Assembly: GCA_031367385.1 (NCBI GenBank)
Contig: JANLPS010000016.1
Span: forward strand, 1-10,781
DNA length: 10,781 nucleotides
DNA from: Archangium sp.
Lineage (GTDB): Bacteria; Myxococcota; Myxococcia; Myxococcales; Myxococcaceae
Direction: 5' to 3'
Of the stretch, positions 6,920 through 10,781 are shown piece by piece; position 1 is the first letter of the stretch; the number at the start of each line of letters is the position of its first letter. The notes below the pieces were generated by a model, which ran no database searches, was not told the DNA's origin, and saw only the letters and a list, made by a program, of their open reading frames with translations. A program made the translations under genes and the position numbers.

Positions 6920-8485
6920 TCACCAGTTGGTCGGCTTGTAGTCTTTCAAGAACCGCCCGAAGTACGGCGCATCGCCATTGGCGATGGTGAAGATCGGGTC
7001 GATCACCCGCGCCGCGCCGTCGACGATGTCGAGCGGGGGCTGAAACCCGAGATCATTGATCTTTCGGTGCGCGTGGTGCGCCGGGTCTTCGTCGGTCACC
7101 CACCCAGTGTCGACCGCGTTCATCAAGATGCCGTCTTTGGCGTAGTCGGGCGCCGAGGTCAGCGTCATCATGTTGAGCGCGGCCTTGGCCATGTTCGTGT
7201 GGGGGTGCTTGTCGGTCTTCGTGCCACGCGAAAAGCTGCCCTCCATCGCCGAGACATTCACCACGTGCTTCACGGTGCCAGGGGTGCGCTTCATCAGGTC
7301 TCGCAGCCGGCCCGCCAAGATGAACGGAGCAACCGCGTTGACCAGCTGCACCTCGAGCAGCTCGGGCGTCGACACCTCGTCGAGCGTCATTCGCCAGCTG
7401 TTCATCGTGCGCAGGTCGACCTGCTGCAGGTCAGCGTCGAGCTTCCCTTCGGGGAAGGTCTCCATGCCGTAGTTCGCGTCGTCGTAGCTGTAGCGAATTT
7501 GCGAGAGCCGGGCCGAGGCGGCGACTCCGGCACCGGCTCCCCGCCCGGAGTGCCAGGCGGCCAACCCGGTCACGTCTGGCGAGCCATTGCCCAAGAGTGC
7601 GCCGGTCGCTCCCGAGAGGGTCTCGAGGCACTCTTCGCGGGCCCGCAACACCTGCCGCGCACCCTCGGGCAGCTGCTGCACCCGCTGCTCTTCGACGTTC
7701 ATCAGATGCGCGAAGAACCCGGGAGGCCGACGCACGGTCTGGGCCGCATTGTTGATCAACAGGTCGAGCCTGGGCAGGCGGTGCGACAGCCAGCGCGCGA
7801 ACAGCTCCACCGAGGGCGAGTGACGCAGATCGAGCCCGTGCACCTCGAGGCGGTCGGCCCATTTGGCGAAGTCGGGTTCTTTCGCGTAGCGAATCGCCGC
7901 ATCGTGGGGAAAACGGGTGCAGACCAAGACCCTGGCCCCCGCGCGCAACAGCATCAGGGCGGCTTGCTGGCCGATCTTCAGGCGGGCGCCGGTGATGAGC
8001 GCGACCTGCCCCTCGAGCTTGGCGGTCTGAAAGCGCTTGGCGTAGTTCAGGTCTCCGCAGGCCGGGCACATCGCGTCGTAGAAGTGGTGCAGCGTGAAGA
8101 ACTCGACCTTGCAGACGTAGCAGTGACGGCCGTTCTCCAGACGGGCACCGGGGGCCGACTGCGGTACGGCGTTGCCCGAGGGGAGCACCATTTCAGGCGG
8201 CACGTAGACCGCGGCGCGTCGGGCCAGGCGAATCGGGGCATTGTCTCGGGCGGAGCGGTCGGCCTTGAGCCGTTCTTGGTGGCGCTCGTGGCGAATGGCT
8301 TTGGTGAAGGCTTGCAGCTCGTGGCGAATCGGCTTGGCGACCCGGCCGGCGGCGATCAGCAGCGCCCGGCGCAACGGCTCGTCGAGCGGGGTCAGCAGGC
8401 TGCGATCTTCGACCACCGCTTCGAGCAGCTTCGTGGCCGCGCGCACCTGCTCGGGCGTGATGGTGGGCTTGGGGCCAGACTTCAT
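6920..8485 (-). CDS. Atypical SDR-family oxidoreductase with N-terminal CxxC...CxxC motif (521 aa)
   Basis: VALITGARLKIG (variant nucleotide-binding motif), LDLLINNAAQT, VVNVSAMEG, HPHTNMAKAAL and MNAVDTGWV. CYVC-X14-CPAC lies ahead of the Rossmann fold. Confidence 0.9.
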   Translation of the reverse strand: MKSGPKPTITPEQVRAATKLLEAVVEDRSLLTPLDEPLRRALLIAAGRVAKPIRHELQAFTKAIRHERHQERLKADRSARDNAPIRLARRAAVYVPPEMVLPSGNAVPQSAPGARLENGRHCYVCKVEFFTLHHFYDAMCPACGDLNYAKRFQTAKLEGQVALITGARLKIGQQAALMLLRAGARVLVCTRFPHDAAIRYAKEPDFAKWADRLEVHGLDLRHSPSVELFARWLSHRLPRLDLLINNAAQTVRRPPGFFAHLMNVEEQRVQQLPEGARQVLRAREECLETLSGATGALLGNGSPDVTGLAAWHSGRGAGAGVAASARLSQIRYSYDDANYGMETFPEGKLDADLQQVDLRTMNSWRMTLDEVSTPELLEVQLVNAVAPFILAGRLRDLMKRTPGTVKHVVNVSAMEGSFSRGTKTDKHPHTNMAKAALNMMTLTSAPDYAKDGILMNAVDTGWVTDEDPAHHAHRKINDLGFQPPLDIVDGAARVIDPIFTIANGDAPYFGRFLKDYKPTNW

Positions 8486-8555
8486 GCGCGGCCTTCTACC
8501 GAAAGCCTGGCTGAAACGAAAACCGAGTGAGGCAAGACTACGGTTTTGTTGAAGG

Positions 8556-9101
8556 TTACCAGCGCGTGCCCTTCGACCCCATCGAGGAGGTCGTCTCGAG
8601 AATCAGGGCCACCGCCACGGCTGCCGGCAACGCGCCGATGGCCGAAGTGAACAGCTCTTGCTGCGGCGTGCGGGCGTCGATCACCGGGCCGACGAATGAG
8701 GCAGCGAACATGATCGCCAGCGAGGCCAACAAGGGGAGCGTGATTTCACCGCCTCCACCCAGCATTTGGTGCACCGCGAACCCGGCGCCGGTGATCAGCA
8801 GCGCACCGAGGGCGGCGTTGGCGAACCCCACATCGAACTTCGAGGCGCAGGTGAAGAAACAGGTCGACACGGCGAGCGAGAGGCCCAGGGCCACCGCGGC
8901 GCCTCCCACCCCGGCGGCGGTGCTCAGCAACACGCGGCGCACCGGCTGGTCGGGAGGCGGCGCGGGGTGAATCGGCAACGCTGGCAGGGCTCCCGGCTCG
9001 AGGGCCGGCTCGGCCATCGGGGCGTCGGCGGGCAACAACGGCTCAGGCGGCGGAGTCGGCGGGACCTGCGACAGCCAGAGCGCCAGAACCAAAGAGACCA
9101 T
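8556..9101 (-). CDS. Membrane protein with signal-like N-terminus, Pro-rich linker and about 4 Gly/Ala-rich hydrophobic helices (181 aa)
   Basis: MVSLVLALWLSQVPPTPPP..., followed by hydrophobic segments STAAGVGGAAVALGLSLAV, ALGALLITGAGFAV, LPLLASLAIMFAASFV and AIGALPAAVAVALIL. Start placed at ATG 9101. Confidence 0.75.
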   Translation of the reverse strand: MVSLVLALWLSQVPPTPPPEPLLPADAPMAEPALEPGALPALPIHPAPPPDQPVRRVLLSTAAGVGGAAVALGLSLAVSTCFFTCASKFDVGFANAALGALLITGAGFAVHQMLGGGGEITLPLLASLAIMFAASFVGPVIDARTPQQELFTSAIGALPAAVAVALILETTSSMGSKGTRW

Positions 9102-9208
9102 GGAGCCATTCTGCGCCGCCTGCGAGTGCCGCGACGAGCGAATAATTCTGAAGGGCTTGCTTGGCGGTCGGGTCACATGTCAGTGCCTCGCGGTAGGGTG
9201 CCCCGCTC

Positions 9209-10447
9209 ATGACGATTCGATTGCTCCACGCTGCTGATCTGCACCTCGACAGCCCGTTCGCGCTGCCGACGTCGACGCGCGCGCCGCTCAACGCCACGCT
9301 CGAGGCGTTCTCGAATGCGGTCACCATCGCCCTGCGCGAGCGGGTCGACGCGGTCGTGCTCTCAGGTGACCTCTACGAGCGGCGCGATCGCTCGGTTCGG
9401 GCGCGGTTTCACCTACAAAAAGAGCTCGACCGGCTGCATGCCGCGGCCATTCCCTCCTTCATCGTGCATGGCAACCATGACCCCCTCGCTGGCGACCCTG
9501 GCGGAGTGCAGCTGCCACCGTCGACCACCGTCTTCGGCGCGTCGTGGGCCGAGCACCCGGTGGTGCGAAACGGGGCCGTGCGGTTTCGCGTGCAGGGCAT
9601 CAGCTTTCAAGAGGCGCAGGTGACCGAGAACCTGTCGCGGCAGTTTCACCGGGTGGGGCCCGAGCCGACCATCGGGGTGCTCCACTGCAACGTCGGGGGG
9701 CACGGCGCGCATGCCGATTACGCCCCTTGCTCCGTCGACGATCTCGCTGCGTCTGGGCTCGATTATTGGGCCTTGGGGCATGTTCATACCCGCCAGACGC
9801 TGGCCCTTCGCGGCGGTGGCGTGGCGGCGTACCCGGGCAATACCCAGGGCCGGCAGGTGAATGAGACCGGGCCCCGCGGGTGCTTGCTGGTCGAGCTCGA
9901 TGAGACCCGAGAGCGGCCGCCCCGGGTGCAGTTCATGCCGTGCGATGTCGTTCGCTGGCATCGGGTCGAGCTCGATCTGTCGGGGGCCGAGACGCTCGAC
10001 GGGGCGATTGAGCTGCTCGAGCGGCAGGTCGACGAAGTCACCGGCGATGGCGGCGTGAAGCACCATGTGGTTCGGGCGGTGCTGACGGGCCGAACCGTGC
10101 TGCATCGGCAGTTGACCCCGGCGGCGTTGAGCGAGCTCGAGGCGACCCTGGTCGAGCGCTGGGCCCATCGGCCGTTGAGCTTAGAATCATTGCGCTCTTC
10201 GACGGCGGCTCCGTTCGACGTGCCTCGGCTGGTGGCGTCGGGTGGGCTCGCCGGAGAGATCGCCAAGGTGATCGCGCAGCCGATGAGCCCGGCGACCCGC
10301 GAGGGGTTGTACGCCCAGGCAGGCCTCGGGGCGATGCAGGCTCAGCTCGACGCCGCCAAGCTCGGCGCCATCGGCCCATCGCCCGAGCTGCTCGAGCAGG
10401 CGCTCTTTCGAGCCCTCGAGCTCGTCACCTCGGAGGACTCTGCGTGA
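9209..10447 (+). CDS. SbcD/Mre11-like metallophosphoesterase DNA repair exonuclease (YhaO-like)
   Basis: All five phosphoesterase motifs are present: HAADLHLD, SGDLY, HGNHD, VLHC and LGHVH, followed by YPGNTQGR..NETG.RG, which is typical of the YhaO group. Confidence 0.93.
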   Translation: MTIRLLHAADLHLDSPFALPTSTRAPLNATLEAFSNAVTIALRERVDAVVLSGDLYERRDRSVRARFHLQKELDRLHAAAIPSFIVHGNHDPLAGDPGGVQLPPSTTVFGASWAEHPVVRNGAVRFRVQGISFQEAQVTENLSRQFHRVGPEPTIGVLHCNVGGHGAHADYAPCSVDDLAASGLDYWALGHVHTRQTLALRGGGVAAYPGNTQGRQVNETGPRGCLLVELDETRERPPRVQFMPCDVVRWHRVELDLSGAETLDGAIELLERQVDEVTGDGGVKHHVVRAVLTGRTVLHRQLTPAALSELEATLVERWAHRPLSLESLRSSTAAPFDVPRLVASGGLAGEIAKVIAQPMSPATREGLYAQAGLGAMQAQLDAAKLGAIGPSPELLEQALFRALELVTSEDSA

Positions 10448-10781
10448 GCCCGGCCCGCAAGACCGTCATCGAGTCGCTTCGGGTCGACGGCTTCGGCCGG
10501 TTTCACGACTTCGAGCTCGAGCTGGGCGAGGGTCTCAACGTGCTCTGCGGGCCCAATGAGGCTGGCAAGAGCACGCTGTGGAGCTTCATCTCGGCGATGC
10601 TCTTCGGGTTCGAGCGCCGCACCGAGGCCAGCCGGTACGAGCCAGTGGGCGGCTCGGCGTTCGGGGGCGAGCTGCGGCTCAAGACGGTTGGCGGCCGGCT
10701 CGTGGTGCGTCGGGGCGCGCTCGTGTTGACTGTCCAGCCGATGCTCTCGTTCGACGGCAAGTCGCCCGACCGGTTCTGGAC
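10444..10781 (+). CDS. YhaN/Rad50-like AAA ATPase, N-terminal part only (not in the supplied ORF track)
   Basis: GTG at 10444 overlaps the upstream TGA (GTGA). It translates MSPARKTVIESLRVDGFGRFHDFELELGEGLNVLCGPNEAGKSTLWSFISAMLFGF...YEP..G..FGGEL, with Walker A GPNEAGKST at 10549-10575, and stays open to the window end. Confidence 0.9.
   Translation, partial: MSPARKTVIESLRVDGFGRFHDFELELGEGLNVLCGPNEAGKSTLWSFISAMLFGFERRTEASRYEPVGGSAFGGELRLKTVGGRLVVRRGALVLTVQPMLSFDGKSPDRFW

Noticed and set aside
6851..8530. 559-aa plus-strand ORF
   Set aside because: Antisense shadow of the SDR gene. It has no motifs, and long stop-free antisense frames are common in GC-rich coding DNA.
10503..10760. 85-aa minus-strand ORF
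   Set aside because: Mostly antisense to the Walker A-containing ATPase. Only its first residues are of possible interest (see the junction finding).
9209..10781. Nuclease + ATPase pair as a novel anti-phage system
   Set aside because: Motifs and gene order fit the known, widespread YhaO/YhaN (SbcD/SbcC-like) pair, and no defence-island context is visible in the window.
1..10781. CRISPR arrays, tRNA/rRNA genes, IS elements, long tandem repeats
   Set aside because: No regularly spaced repeats, cloverleaf-like segments or transposase/integrase motifs were seen, and the intergenic gaps are all about 150 bp or shorter.

Overview
GC-rich (roughly 65-70% by eye), gene-dense bacterial window whose gene content and protein styles suggest Myxococcota (inference). 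In order it holds: a probable 5' gene fragment and a CheW (minus); a divergent secreted protein that appears to fuse two PilQ-type N0/STN domains to a PilP-like domain with no secretin barrel; a large lipoprotein with an Asp-box and DxDxDG Ca-binding repeats (minus); a membrane-anchored beta-propeller (minus) divergent from an SH3b + NlpC/P60 lipoprotein with a sigma54-like promoter; a basic coiled-coil protein, an atypical Cys-motif SDR and a membrane protein (all minus); and a yhaO/yhaN-like (SbcD/Mre11 + AAA ATPase) pair that runs off the right edge. I saw no RNA genes, CRISPR arrays or mobile elements. The best candidates for new biology are the N0-N0-PilP fusion and the propeller/cell-wall hydrolase pair. 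All family calls come from motif recognition by eye, not from database searches.
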